This document shows positions 26,539-40,200 of a stretch of 64,000 nucleotides of DNA, piece by piece (positions within the stretch are counted from its first letter, which is position 1; each line of letters opens with the position of its first letter). The DNA is from Haliotis rubra. Lineage: Eukaryota. Where the stretch lies: assembly GCF_003918875.1 (NCBI RefSeq), contig NW_025765381.1:372001-436000 (forward strand), written 5' to 3'. The notes below the pieces were generated by a model. The model saw only the letters and a list, made by a program, of their open reading frames with translations, was not told where the DNA came from and did not search any database. The translations under genes were made by a program, and so were the position numbers.

Positions 26539-27313
26539 CTTAGGAGAGAGAGAAAGAGACGACGATATACATGGAACAAGAACGTCTCCCCTCTCTACCA
26601 TGGATCAAGATAAAAGCGAATTAGGTGTTGCCACAACAACTCAGTTGTGTTCTATCTTTACATACAATATCTGTTCCAGGATCTTTGTTTATGTGCATGT
26701 TTTATCCAAATCTGTTTCGCCAATGTATTCAGCTTATCTGGAGCCTTACCAGCTGGCAACAATACATCAACAATACATCAACATCTTTTTGAATTGTTTA
26801 AAATAAATTGACTATATAAGAGTGTTGCTTTTTTGCAATTTACTTCACTCGACCAGACATATATAACTAATCTACTATTAAATATTAAAACTATAATATG
26901 ATCTGTCACACGATGAACGTATTTTAAGGAAGCTGCTGCAAAGTTACGTCCCTTTGCCGTGCCAGGATAAATTAGTCAGGGGATAGAATTCTTGATTCGC
27001 CCTCAAAGCTGTTTGCTCTGTTATCACGCGTGCTCGTGGTACAATTATTACGAAATGACCACAGATCAAGATCTGGAGAATGCATTTGGCTAACAATAAG
27101 ACTAAACCACTTGACACTCGGAATTATGTAATATCATGTATCTATAGTCCGTATATGATCGTTGTTAATTATATAATATCATGTATCTATAGTCCGTATA
27201 TGATCGTTGTATATGATCGTTGTAAAATCCACTCCCACAAGTATGGGATGAGATAGTAATGCATGTATTTGTCATTGTACGTGACTGCATCTATGTTTGC
27301 TCTGATATGAGCC

Positions 27314-27476
27314 GGGGCGGTGGGGTAGCCTAGTGGTTAAAGCGTTGGCTCGTCACGCCAAAGGCCCGGGTTCGATTCCCCACATGGGTACAATGTGTGA
27401 AGCCCATTTCTGGTGTCCCCCGCCGTGATATTGCTGGAATATTGCTAAAAGCGGCGTAAACCCATACTCACTCACT
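27314..27476 (+). mobile_element. SINE family 1, full length and young
   Basis: A box TAGCCTAGTGG, B box GGTTCGATTCC, CACT tail, 14-bp TSD CTCTGATATGAGCC. Confidence 0.96.
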
Positions 27477-27477
27477 C

Positions 27478-28930
27478 TGATATGAGCCATTTGTTTGCAG
27501 AAATCATTTATTTCAGGGGTACATTCACTTCCAGGTCGTTTATTGTTTGGGGACTGCCAAAAACGACGATGATCTGTTCTTACAGACTTAGTAAACTGAA
27601 GCTCCATACTAACACGCAGGCATTGTTGTCTTTGCCGAGTAAGTATATGCATGTGTTGTATCTGTGTTGACGCTGTGCCACAAACGTATGCATTCATACA
27701 AACAGCTTTCACGCAAACAGGAGAAAATATGCACATGTGTTGCGACTAACACATGAATTACAAACATCTTTCAAGAAAACAAGAAAAGACAAGCATACGT
27801 GTTTGTTTATCATTTGTTCTGGCGCTGTACTTTGAGAGTATATACCATCCGTCTGCAGGTGAGAAATATTTTCACGAAAACAATGTTAAAGTTAACTGGT
27901 CTAAACAGAAATGAGGTGAAACACCACAGTCGTCTACTTTCAAAACAAGTAATTAAACGACATCTTTATATTTATGCTTGTTGAATAAGCTTATTCATTT
28001 ACATTGCTTTTTGTAAAGGATGTTCAAAGATATCTCTTTCGGATTTTATGTAGTCAGTTGAGGATGAAAACATCCAATGTATATTTTCAAACATGGGTTT
28101 GGCAGTGCTATCGAAAATAGACATTTTATATGTTGGTATATTAAAACAACATGTTCTATATGTGTAATACATAGTAAAAGTCTGTTAATGAATTATTATA
28201 TGTGCCTTTTTCACTTACATCGTATACCCCAAGAGTACATGCATATGCATTCTGCCCGATCAGACGTTGTACCAAACACCAGTGCTATTACGGTATTGAG
28301 GACATGCTCTTTCAAAGAATCTCCTCGAGCGGTAAAACAACGCATAACAATAGGCAGCCTTTTAACACTGTTGTTATTTCCTAAAGGCCAAGTCGCACCT
28401 GCTTAATGTGAAGGAAACAATTGGCAAATATGTAAATTATCATATATAGAACCTCGGTCTATATATACGGCACAAAGCGTGTTCTATAATAATGAATGAC
28501 ATTTTGTCATTACGTTACAGACATGGTCCTGCAGTATGATGACATGAGTTACTTGCAGCATACACAACGCACAACAGCGTGGTAGCGACATGTGCAACGG
28601 TGGCAGAGATCCCGGAAATACTTCACCTTCAATCATCATAGTTCCGTCTGCCATTGGGATAGCTGCACGTACTTTCCACAGCATCACGAGATTTCCCATT
28701 TATCCTCTAGCAAGCACCGGGCTTTTGGGAAGCTGTGGATAACTGTGATTTACGTCCAAGGTGTTTCATCTTTGAGAAAAAGTGTGAAGATATTTCTTTG
28801 TGAACGCTTTACAGGCCGTAAGAATGCTTACCTTAGAGAAGCACATTTCCATATGCTTTTTGAAAGGTTTATCTTGTCAGAATTCCCTAGACATTATTTA
28901 GTAATTTGAAAGCAGTTAGTTACAGAACAG
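27478..28930 (-). pseudogene. Class C GPCR-like pseudogene copy P1 (N-terminal Venus-flytrap part only)
   Basis: Homologous to P2-P5; read-through peptides VIHSFPKARC, EGEVFPG, RMVYTLK, ESCLYECI and EQIIVVFGS. Confidence 0.55.
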
Positions 28931-30099
28931 TAAAACGCTTTTGCTCTGACATAAATACAAGCACAGCGAATATATTCGAAGTGTATGTATGTCAGTCTTG
29001 AAGAGGGATGTGTCACTGATAGCGTAAGCTCGTCAGTCTACTATACAAGTGTTATTGACATTACGACTAATGACAAACAGTAGAACTCCCGGCCTGCTGC
29101 TTGGAGCTGTGAAGACTGTGAAGCACATTATTCAAGTACTTTAACCAACCTGGGTGAGAAAAGGCCGAAGAACAAAGCCACATTCAGAGGTTCGGTATAT
29201 CTCTACCAACCGTTAGTACATTTTTAATTAACTGTGCTAACTGTTTATGCAGAAGGTTTCGCACGTCTGTCATATGGTTTTACGTGTATTTCATATGTGA
29301 TGTGAACCAACTGTGCCGAAAGAGTAATTAGTACCTAACTGTATGTACATAATTGATGGAACATAACATAAGAAATTAGTACATGAAATAAAAGAAGGGA
29401 TTTGCAGAGCTTCTGTCAGCCGTTAGTTGTTCTTGTTCAATGGTGCTTACCGGAGAAACTTTGTCACCGTAAAAGGTCTGTCTATATGTTACAAGATGAG
29501 CTTTTACCAGAGGCTCGTAGGAAGCTAAGTAGTGGTAACACTGGATTTATCTTAGAAGCAACTTAGTACTGGTCCAGTCATGGAGAAATATCTGATGCTT
29601 CAAAAAGGGCACTGAAAACCTGCAGCCGATCTTTGGGATTAGGGTTGAATGTTGCTTTTATGAGCAACCCAAATGGTTGTCATACGAGGGGCCCTTGAAA
29701 GTCAAATGTGTGTGATTTGGACTCCCCAGTGATAATGGTGTATGTTCACACATGTGACGCATAAAACACTAGATGTCCAGATCTGTTGTCACATATACAT
29801 CCGTGGCTCCGAATAACTTGGTGCGCAATGAAAATAGGAACAAAAAGAAAACACATTGTTTCATTCCAATTCCAAATATCACCAGCCAGGTATATATGTA
29901 TGTCAAGCTATGTGAATAGCCGCCAAGGTAATTTTAGTTCATCAATCATAGCCTTGCTCTCAATACAGATGTGAGAGAGAGATCCGCTTCGAGTTTGAGA
30001 GACGATAGAAATTACCTGATTCCAATCCCAAATATCACCAGCCAGGCTATGTGAATAGTTATTTAGAAGATATAGAGAGATCTTTCATTTACCTCCAAA

Positions 30100-31490
30100 T
30101 TCGAAGATATACATTATCTTTCATTTACAAACGAGCATGGACAATAAAGAAAACAATATACATATGTACAAGTAAAGTGAGTTATAATTGAAACATATCA
30201 ATCATAACAAAGCAACAATGGTTGTCTGATGGAATACACACACGATGCAAATGTGATTATAATGTCAGTCCAGGTTTGATTCTCCATACATTCAATCGGG
30301 TAAGTATCACCTCCAAACAGGAACGACAACATGTCGTGTTCGTCCAGCATTTCAAATTTGACATAGGTTTCAACATCTAGGTGATCGATCAGATAAGAAA
30401 AAAATCTGTTTCTGCTTTGCAGAAGTTTCTCACAGTGCAATAGCACACGACAATCGTAATCATACGCATGTTTGTCACAGAGTGTACATGTTTTAGAAAC
30501 AATATTACGGGATGATATACGAATACAAAATTGCAGCATTGATCTGTGTTGTGGATAAAGAAATATGATATCCCATAGAATATGATATGTGAGGTTACAG
30601 TGAATTTTCTTTTACCGAAACATACCGGCGTTTATGGAAACCTTGTTGAGCCATAGTTGCTCCTCATAACCGTGAATTGTATCAAACACCACCTTTCACC
30701 ATTTATCTTTTGGTAGAAATATTCCATGGTTCACATAGGACCTAACATATTTGCCCAGCTTATACTTATTAGCAACTGTTAAAAGATTTGCCGTTATAGC
30801 ATTAGATGACAGAGGCACAAAAAATACTCTCTGCAGTATCGCTACATTTTAGGTTACACAGGCGTCCTAGAAATAACAACTTGCATTTGTCAATATATCC
30901 ATGAAGGGTCCAGAGGCCAATGTTAGCAGTGGTTGATTCCGAGGGTGAGCGTTTATCTTGTCCTTGTACCGTACGTGCAAAATAGCTTTGTGTTCCCTCT
31001 AGCAGGTCAACACACTGTCCAGTCATTTTATACAGCAATTCACATCCATACAAACTTGTTGTTAAGATCATGCGCAGCCAAGTCTTGACACTGGCGGAAG
31101 GATGAAGATCGCTGCTGTTCATTCCAAGTGATCTAAGTGAACTGATACTTTGTCTTGCTTTTTGGCAGTATTTATCGACTCTTCCTTTACAAGAAAGATT
31201 GCGTGTAAGGTAAACACCACCATACACAGTAGAGGTAGATTTTGGAATAGGAGATGTCCAAGTTTTAGGTCACAAGTAACGTGTTTGAGGTTACTCTTGG
31301 AGAAAGTTATAACTGTACTTTTGGATGGATTGTATGTGTCTTGTTTCATGTTTTGTATCAATTTTCTTGCTTTGCTGTGTGGAATCCCCAAGCATAAGGG
31401 ACGAATGGGCTCTATTGGGGAATGTAAAATACATGTACACACTTGTATAAGAACGGTTTCATCACGGAGCCCAGACAATGAGCTTCCTCC
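30100..31490 (-). mobile_element. Non-LTR retrotransposon 3' fragment (RT C-terminus and zinc knuckle)
   Basis: YNPSKSTVITF, GVYLTRNL, SLYGCEL, KLLFLGRL and CTLC..VLLHC motifs, broken by frameshifts. Confidence 0.82.
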
Positions 31491-31748
31491 TCATGATTAA
31501 AAGTAACAAAACCCTTTTTTATATAATGCTCAAACTATGCGAAGGATCATGTTAAGGTGATATAAAAAGGTAAGCCAACAAATACAGATTGATTTATCCC
31601 TGTACACAATATTTGTGTAACCCGCGAGGGAGATCAGTTTCATGGCGAATGGACGGAGACATGGGTAAAGGCGCACGAAGTGATTGAAAATTGATTGAAT
31701 GTCTCGCAACAGCATTATTACCATTATCAGCGATCATTTGCTGCTGAG

Positions 31749-31911
31749 GAGTGAGTGAATGAATATGGTTTTACGCCGCTTTTACCAAAAGTCCAGCAAT
31801 ATCACAGCCTGGGGACACCAGACTTCACACATTGTATCCATATGGGGAATCGAACCCGGATCTTCGGCGTGACGAGCTAACGCTTTAACCACTAGGCTAC
31901 CTCACCGCCCC
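31749..31911 (-). mobile_element. SINE family 1 inserted in the P2 7TM region
   Basis: Consensus match; TSD TGCTGCTGAGGA. Confidence 0.92.
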
Positions 31912-33487
31912 TGCTGCTGAGGAATTCAACAACTGAATATACTAATGCTTCCTCAGCATCAAACACGACCTTTTTTCTACCAAAGAAATAGCAGAATCAA
32001 TAGGCATGCATGAAACGTGGTCAAAATAACGTCACGTAGCAGACTACTTTGTTGTCAGTCAAACTGTGATCAGTAGATAATGGAATCGCTACCAGGCGTT
32101 TGGGTCAGCTACCCAGCAACATGCAAGACGTGACACCCAATACAATCATAATTAACTGCGGAACACAACTGGTCAAATGAAATGGTTCACCGAAACCAGA
32201 CAATAAGGCGATTAAATGGTACATTTACTTGGGCGATGAGCCCTCATTGGCGCGTAGATGTCTCCGTACATTTCTGGCTTTGTGGTCTTCACAACAACAT
32301 GGCAGGATAAGTTATGGTATGAGAAGTGTTATTTCCATTTACACTGACTCCAGTGTGGATAGTTGATATCGGCACTCCTTCCAGTCATCAACCTAGCACC
32401 GCGTACCGTGCTTCACCCTTGTTTCAAGGGCATGGTATGATGGGGCTGTGTCCTAGCATGATAATTCTGCGATAGTTTCAACACAGCACTCTTTTCCCCC
32501 AACTCAACACCATTAACTTTAGTTGGAAAGTCAAAACCATTAACATCGACAAAACCTATTTCTGCACTTACCTTACAATGATGTGTCATTGCCGACAGAG
32601 CTAACATGGACCATAACACCGTTTCATAAACAGTATTTCTATATTAAGATCAGTAATAACGAGAAAGAAGGTGAAGGCATTACAGACATCACATATATCC
32701 CAAGACACACTGTTCTTATCAACATTAAGGAAGGTTAAACAGGCTCTTCCCAAACATAATTTATAACATCGTAGCTGTGATCAATCTTTCGCTTGAAAAC
32801 TGACTGTGCACTTGTGTGTGCATTTGTGTGTATTTGTTAGTTTGGAAATTGGTTTTGGTTATTTATCCAATTAAGCAAGTATTCATTTTTCTTATCTTAC
32901 TAGTTTAAATAACACCAACTTTTCTATGAATGCTTGCATAATGTTCTCTGAGAAAGGTTTCAAATTAATGTTTTTCTGTGATTGGTTTTATTATGTTTTA
33001 ATCGTCTATTTATAACCACTCCTACCAAAATGAGCACAAAAATTAAAATGACTTAATAATACAAAAATAAACTTATACATGCATATCATATTATCCACAT
33101 TAACATAAACACAATTTAGAAAGGTCCATGCAGAGTTGCATCCTTTAGCCGTGTCAGGAATCGCTGGCCCGTGGACTGTTCGCATCACATCCGTTTTCGG
33201 AGGATTTATAAAAGTTAACACTTCAAACTCCGCCACCTGTTTTACTCTCATAGCTTGGTTACTACGTGGTGTCGCCTGTCAATACAACTTCACCAATGAG
33301 GATGGACAACACGTGTTTTCCCCGAGATGGGACTATGAATAGCTTGGCCGTGCCAAATTAGTGAAGTGTTAGCAACACCTGCATGATGTACAACAGTCTT
33401 GAGATCTGGAAACCTTCCGGTGTATATTCACCAGTATTACCCACTAGACCCCACAAGCAGCCATTACAGATGTTCTCTGTAAAGATT

Positions 33488-33658
33488 GAGTGAGTGAGTG
33501 AGTTTAGTTTTACGCTGCACTCAGTAATATTCCATCTATATGGTGGCGGTCTGTAAATAATCGAGTCTGGACCAGACAATCCAGCGACCAATAGCATGAG
33601 CATCGATCTGCGCAATGGGGAACCGATGACATGAGCGAGCCTGACCATCCGATCCCGT
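33488..33658 (-). mobile_element. SINE family 2 (5'-truncated) inserted in P2
   Basis: Consensus match; TSD-like TCT(G/C)TGTAAAGA. Confidence 0.88.
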
Positions 33659-35266
33659 TCTGTGTAAAGAAGGTATACATGTATGTGAGGACTGGTAGAG
33701 AGATACGGCACGTATAAGGCGTGTAGTAACACTTGGTAGAAGAATATTGTATATGATCAAATATTCCACAACATTACTTTTCCTGGTGATATGTGTCACA
33801 CCCTACGCCAGATTATTTTGTGCCTTTAGTCCACGTTTCTGACAGAAAAGAGCTCCATTAAGTCATATTGTTTGGGGATTGGATGTCTACTATGCAATAT
33901 GTGGGTTATCGTATCCGGGTAGCATGGATCATTACTGCTGATTCTTCTTGAAGCTCCGTTTCCTTTCCGAATCATTGATATAGACAAACACAAACATAAA
34001 CATTGGGAACATGTAAACACAAACACTCTTTTGGCAATTTTTGGAGATGAATCGGGTACAACGATGATCTGCTCTTCTGGTAACCTCCCTAGAAAGTATA
34101 ATCTTTGCATATCATTTACCTTGACCCAATCTTTAGATTCACCATCCGTGTTGAGGAAGAATGCAATTTACTTTGTGTATTGTATAAACGAACTGCTTTA
34201 AACAAATAATTATGGTCGCCATGGGAAGTTACGGTGAAACCCGAATGTTGAAAATATCCAGCGTAACACGTACGATTACCCCTACCCCACCCCCATCCCC
34301 TCAAAATTAAAAACAAATTGTGCTGTGTTTTGAATCATATTTGTTCTGTTGTGTTTTCCTTCAGCATCTTAGGTTTATCTCTATCGACTTAGCTTTGCTT
34401 AGAGTGAGTGAGTGAGTTAAGATTTAAATTCACATCAGCAATATTTCAGCCAAATCGTGACTAAAGCTAGTTCTAAATAAACAATGCATACATATAATAT
34501 ATAAAACCCTGTCAATGAAGGACAGTAAAATTACTAGATTATCACAAAATGAGGTTAAAACTAGCTAGCAGATATCTGTAAAAGTACAAAACTATTTTTG
34601 GGCAATACAATGTAAAAATGGGCTATAGATAGCTTTGTTTAGACCAAAAAAGTAACCAATAATGATTTTCACACATTGGTAGAACTTTGGAACTGAACAT
34701 TGGAACTGAATTTCATGCATTTTAACGTATTTGCTATGCATATCTTTTAAAGTGAAATAATTTACATGATATATTCCAATTGTAGTTTTCAGGAATTGTG
34801 ACAAACATTCAAGCATGTATATTGATATATAATAAAATATTAAGAAAGATATTTATCCAATCGTTACAAAACTCATAACAGACATTATGCGGCGGTATCA
34901 CACGGACATTCCTAGCCAGTGAAGATGCCAAACACACAACAAGCGGTGTCAGGGACGCCTGAATTATTTCATCTTCATCATTGTTCCATCTGTCATTGGG
35001 ACTGCTGAACGCACCTTCCACGTGCAGCAGGAACATGGTATTGTCTATGAACCATTCCTGGATTATAAAAAATCACTTTGGCAAAGCATATCGAAAACAG
35101 GGAAACTTTGCTGTAAATAACCTGTGCACATATTGAAATCATCTCAGACATGTCGATAATAGCAGAAGTTTTCATTTTCCTATACAAATAAAGAGTAACT
35201 ATATGTTGCGTTTGTGAAGCATTGTATGTTGTTAGTAAAGTGTAGACGACTTGAACAAGCCAGTAT

Positions 35267-35427
35267 GAGTGAGTGTGGTTTTACGTCGCTTTTAGCAACA
35301 TTCCAGCAATATCTCGTTGGGGGACACCAGAAATAGGCTTTACACATTATACCCATGTGGGGAATCGAACCCCGAGTTTTCAGCGTGACGAGCGGACGCT
35401 TTAACCATTAGGCTACCCCATCGCCCC
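35267..35427 (-). mobile_element. SINE family 1
   Basis: Consensus match; TSD AGTATGAG. Confidence 0.9.
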
Positions 35428-36757
35428 AACCTAGTATGAGAAAAGGCTGACAGATAAAGCAGCACTCCCTAGCATTTGCTATTACTTCTTGAAAATGTAC
35501 ACACCTAAGTGAAACGTTAAAACCGCCTTAGTGAAATGTTAAAACCACAGTCGAATTCAGTCGCTTCTCTTCCGAATATTGATGAAAGGTGTGTTAGCGT
35601 CAACATCAGTGTAATTGTGAAACCCGTCCTTTTTAGAAATTTGACTCAAATATTTAAAGCAAATATCCAATGATAATGACGACAAGGTATATATGGGACG
35701 GACCTGACAATGATGAAGTATGTATTAACAGATGTTGTGAAATGAAAACAACGACGCAAGTTATGTTTTTGTGAAATACGTAGGTATGAAACCTGTTTAT
35801 GTTCCTGAAGTGGGTGTTCAATGAAAACAAATCACCATATGGCTATGGGAATGGACCAGTAACATTCAATTTGTGATTCCAGGTGTAAAGTATGCGTAAA
35901 ACGAAACTCACCTGTTCACAAAGACACAAAGTGCAACAGATGTATCCTCAACGGAATATGAAATTGTTTTGATATTCATTCCTAAGGCTGGACCCGTTTA
36001 CAAGATAAGAATGGTCCAGTATATAACTCTGGGGATACCAGACACAAGACATGTAAAAATACATGATTTACAAAAAATAAACGTCATGCAGCCTTGTGAG
36101 AAAAGCATCAAAACCACACTTCAGGATTGGTCGGTAGTTAAGTGTATACATGCTGGTACTCAGATTCAGAGAGACGGTTCTTCAGTATTATTTGTGCTAC
36201 TACATTTGCTATAAAACTAAAATGTGCCCATTAGACGAATTGCAGAGGCTTGTATTCCCATATGACTTCGCCATTTTCTACTCCATCCCACATATCACCT
36301 GACAGACATATATTTCAGTAACCCATGTAAGCCTCTGCCAAGGATTATTTTCGTTCATGAAGAAGCATAAATATCTACACTACACTAGCATAAATGCCCT
36401 CACTACAGGCACCGACACGGGTACAGTTATACGAGATATGGCCTATTAAGCTAATGGTGTTAAATGGTCTTGATGTATATCTCGAATTAACATGCAGGAT
36501 GCTGTCTGACATTCAGGGAATAAGACAACGGTGAATTATAGTGTTGTAAGTAATACAAAAAATAGATCTTTCACATGTTGTCTTTTAACTATATCACGGT
36601 GAACAGACAGAGAAACCTTTGTGATAAAAGCATGCATAATTATTAGAAAAACGGCTGACATTTCGTTCAGATGCCGAATTTTAGTGAAATATGTTTTTTT
36701 CGAAGTTTATATTTAAACATGCACTTGATATGAGTTGTATACTCGTCTGATCGCGAG

Positions 36758-39700
36758 CGATTAAATGGTGCGAGTACCCAGGAGGTCAACTGTTGTTGGC
36801 ACGTAGAGATCCCCGTACATTTCTGGCTTGATGGTTTCTACAATAACATGGACAGGGTCAACTGTGGCATGAGATGTGTTATTTCCATTAACACTGGATC
36901 CTGTGTGGTGTTGATATCGATACACCTTTCCATGATCGACTTAGTTCGAGGACTGTTCTTCACCTTGAAACCTTACACTTGTTCCCAGGGCACGGTATGG
37001 CAGCGGTATATCCTACCATGATGATACAACAATCCATTTCCACAGCAAAACACTATTCTACTTTGTTAGAGGAATCGAAATTACTAAAATCGGCAAATAT
37101 ATTTCTGCAGATACCTTACTCGAGCTAACATGAAACCTAATATCATAAAGACTATTGTAATTACGAGAAAGGAGAAGGCATTACAGATATATCAAGACAC
37201 ATTGTGCCTATTAAGATAAAGAAAGGCAATATAGGCTCTGCCCAAACATAATTAATATCTCATCTGTGATTAATTTTCCCCAAAGCCGCTTCTGCACTTG
37301 TATATTATTTATACAAATCTAAAAAAGCCAGCTCTTTTGTTGAGTCATGTATATAACCACTCCATACTTATTGAAGATATAATAAAACAGAGATTTAAAC
37401 ATATATATGCAAATCACATAATGAACATTATTGCTTTCATTTAGAAATGCCAGTGCAGAGTTGCGTCCCTTAGCCATGATAGGAACTGTTGGGTTTGATG
37501 CTATTTGCCTGAGTATGCATGACCCTTGGTCAATACACCTTGAGGGGATTTAGCAAAGGTATACTTCAAAGTCCTCAACCTGTTTTACGTCTAGCTCTCA
37601 GCTACATGTACATCTTTTCATACCCAGAATGGTGCAGCTGGGTAACCTAGTGGTTGATACGTTTGCCTGTCGCGCCGATCACCGGGGTTCGATTCTCTCA
37701 TACTAATGAAAGCGTCGCAAACCATATTCCGATACTCACTCAAAGCAAAACACTGTTGCTGCAATAACATAATTCACACATCACTGACCAAGAACAAACT
37801 GTAAAAAACAACTGTACAATAAAGATCCTGCACTGAACAAACTCACTTTCAAAAAGTAAGTAAAAGCCCTGTGATAAATGTTATTCATGTGCTGTGATTA
37901 ATGCCTATGTTTGTTCGTGTGGGATCCGTCGTTCTGTACACATCGTCTGGCACTTAGAACTTGACGTAACTTGGCGGGACGGTACACCTACATTTGTAAC
38001 ACGCTCTTGACGGACTCAAATATCAATTCTGTGTGCTAAATTCTTGCACTGTACCGACCGACACTGCAATACTGTGCGTTGCACAGCCTGTTTCACCCAA
38101 CCTCTCATAGTGAGATAAAGCGATGTTAACGAGAGACGTATGGACATATTATTAGTGACGTTTCTAGCATGATCCGTCTTCCTGACATGGCAGCACTTCC
38201 GGTTATAACGGAGTGAATATTGCATTAGAAAATATTCAGGCTGGGTTACTGCCTGGCATCGCCTGTCAGTACAGTTTCACTGATGAGGATGGACAACACG
38301 TGTATCCCCGAGATGGGGCTATGTATAGCTTGGCGGTGCTAAATTAGTGAAGTGTTCCCAACACCTGCACAATGTACAGCAGTGGTACGATATGGAAAGA
38401 CCTCCTCGGATCATAAACGTTACGTTTTAGTCAAAACGAATCAGAAGAATATGTTCCTCCCCTGTGTATCAGCTTATTAGTAAAATGGGTTTTAACGTTG
38501 TGTTCAAGTGAAATGCACTCGTCTAGCGACATACATGTGTGTGAGTATGTGTGGCTACCTGTACTAGCGCGGCGTTCCAAAAGTGCTAGCCCACTGAGAT
38601 ACAAGTTTGACATGGACATTCCACGGAGGTACAGTCACTCCGTTCTGACAAGTCCTTGTAATTAAATGACAAGCACCAACTAATACAATCTGCTCTGTTG
38701 TGGCCAGTCGATCAAACCACTGACCCTCAGCACAATAAAAAAAGTGATGTTGTATCCACTACACATTACAAAGAGAGTTTTTTGTGGTCTGTGTAAATAA
38801 CGTGTATACATGGATGTAATGACTGGGCGATCGAAATGGCACATGTAGGGCGCACATTAACAGTTCGTAGAAAAATATTTATATGATTTAATATTCCACG
38901 TTTTCCCACTGCAAACAATGGAGTCCACGGTTCAGGACAGAATGCACACTGCTATGGGGATTGGATGACCTCATCGGCTTACGTGTGTCACCCTATCCGG
39001 GCAGGGTGGATCATTATTGTTGATGCTTCAGGATGCTGATCCACTCCGGTTCATTGACAAACAATGATTTCACTTGAACACAACGTTAAAACCCATTGAC
39101 AAATAATGAACCATAAACATTGGCAAAATAAACATGCTTACATTCTTTTATTAATCTTGGAGATGAACCTGGTACAATGATGATCTGTTCTTCTGGTAGC
39201 ATCTCTAGAAAAAAGAACATCTGTGCATACCACGTATCGTCGCTGACACTGACAAACGACATTCACGGAAAGTAGACTACACAGGGTCAAGGTAACATTT
39301 ACCTTGACCCAGTCTTTGGAGAGTATATACCATTCGCGATGAGGTAGAATGCAATTTACGAGATGTCGTAAAATTCTCTAAACAGCTATCATGGTCGGAT
39401 ATGCTGCTACTCGAATGTTGTGTATACCCACTGTAGCGCGTGCGATAAAACACACACATATCTGTGTTTTGTGTCAGTATATTCTGTTTTGCTTTATCAA
39501 TTAAAAAATGCATGTTACAGTAGTTGGTATATATTTTCAGATAGAACTTGGTGAAAATTTTCCGTGATGTATTCCAAGGATCGTTTTTAGAAATTATGGC
39601 AAACCTTCAAGCATCAGTATTAGTATAAACTAAATTATTTCAATTAAAAACATTTAAAATATTTGTATCATATGTAATCCAATCGTTACAGTATAGCAAT

Positions 39701-40200
39701 AGCAGGCATAGTGCGGCGATATCCAACACGTGCTGCATCCCTACCCAGTCATGATGCTTTGCAGCATACCCAGCACACAAAAACGTGGTAAGAAAGTGAA
39801 GCGGTGTCAGGGACGCCTGGAAATATCTCATCTTCATCATTGTTCCATGTGCCATGATGATCACTGGAGGCACCTTCCACGTGCAGTTTGAGCGTTCTCA
39901 TTTATTTCCCAGCATGTACCGGGCTATTCGAAAGCTTTCGTATTATCAGATGGTTTTAGTCAGATTAGTACCCTGAAATATAGTCACTTTCTAGAAACAC
40001 TTGGAAAAGCATATATCGCAAACAGTGAAGTACGTTTTGTTGGAAATAATCTGTGTACATATACATTTACTCTCGAAATGAATATTCAATCGTCTTAGAC
40101 ACGTCGATAATGGCTGACGTTCAGTTTTTTTAAGAACAGCTACAAAAAAGCAAAGGATAAAAAAGTAACTTTAGGCTGTTTGCGAAGCATTATATGTTGT
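36758..40200 (-). pseudogene. Class C GPCR-like pseudogene copy P3 (truncated around TM3)
   Basis: HVEGAS..WNNDEDEIFPGV..LSYHVF, RMVYTLQRLG, EQIIIVPGSSPRLIKE, ACYKCRC and KPEMYGDLYVP..LL; 36758-37590 aligns to 32208-33245. Confidence 0.62.

Larger units (their letters stand above)
31500..35250 (-). pseudogene. Class C GPCR-like pseudogene copy P2 (most complete: Venus flytrap through 7TM)
   Basis: HVEGAF..NDRWNNDEDEI, EQIIVVPDSS, GDIYAP, SCVPQLIMIVLGV..P..KVVC and YRDKSICICWLTF occur in class C order; many stops, frameshifts and SINE insertions. Confidence 0.62.

Noticed and set aside
27314-27390. tRNA gene
   Set aside because: The A/B boxes belong to a multi-copy SINE head with body, tail and TSD
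31500-40200. Alternative identities for the repeated gene (TLR, ionotropic receptor, ZP/VERL, plus-strand glycosyltransferase)
   Set aside because: Each matched only one isolated motif, whereas the class C motifs occur in the correct order on one strand across several copies
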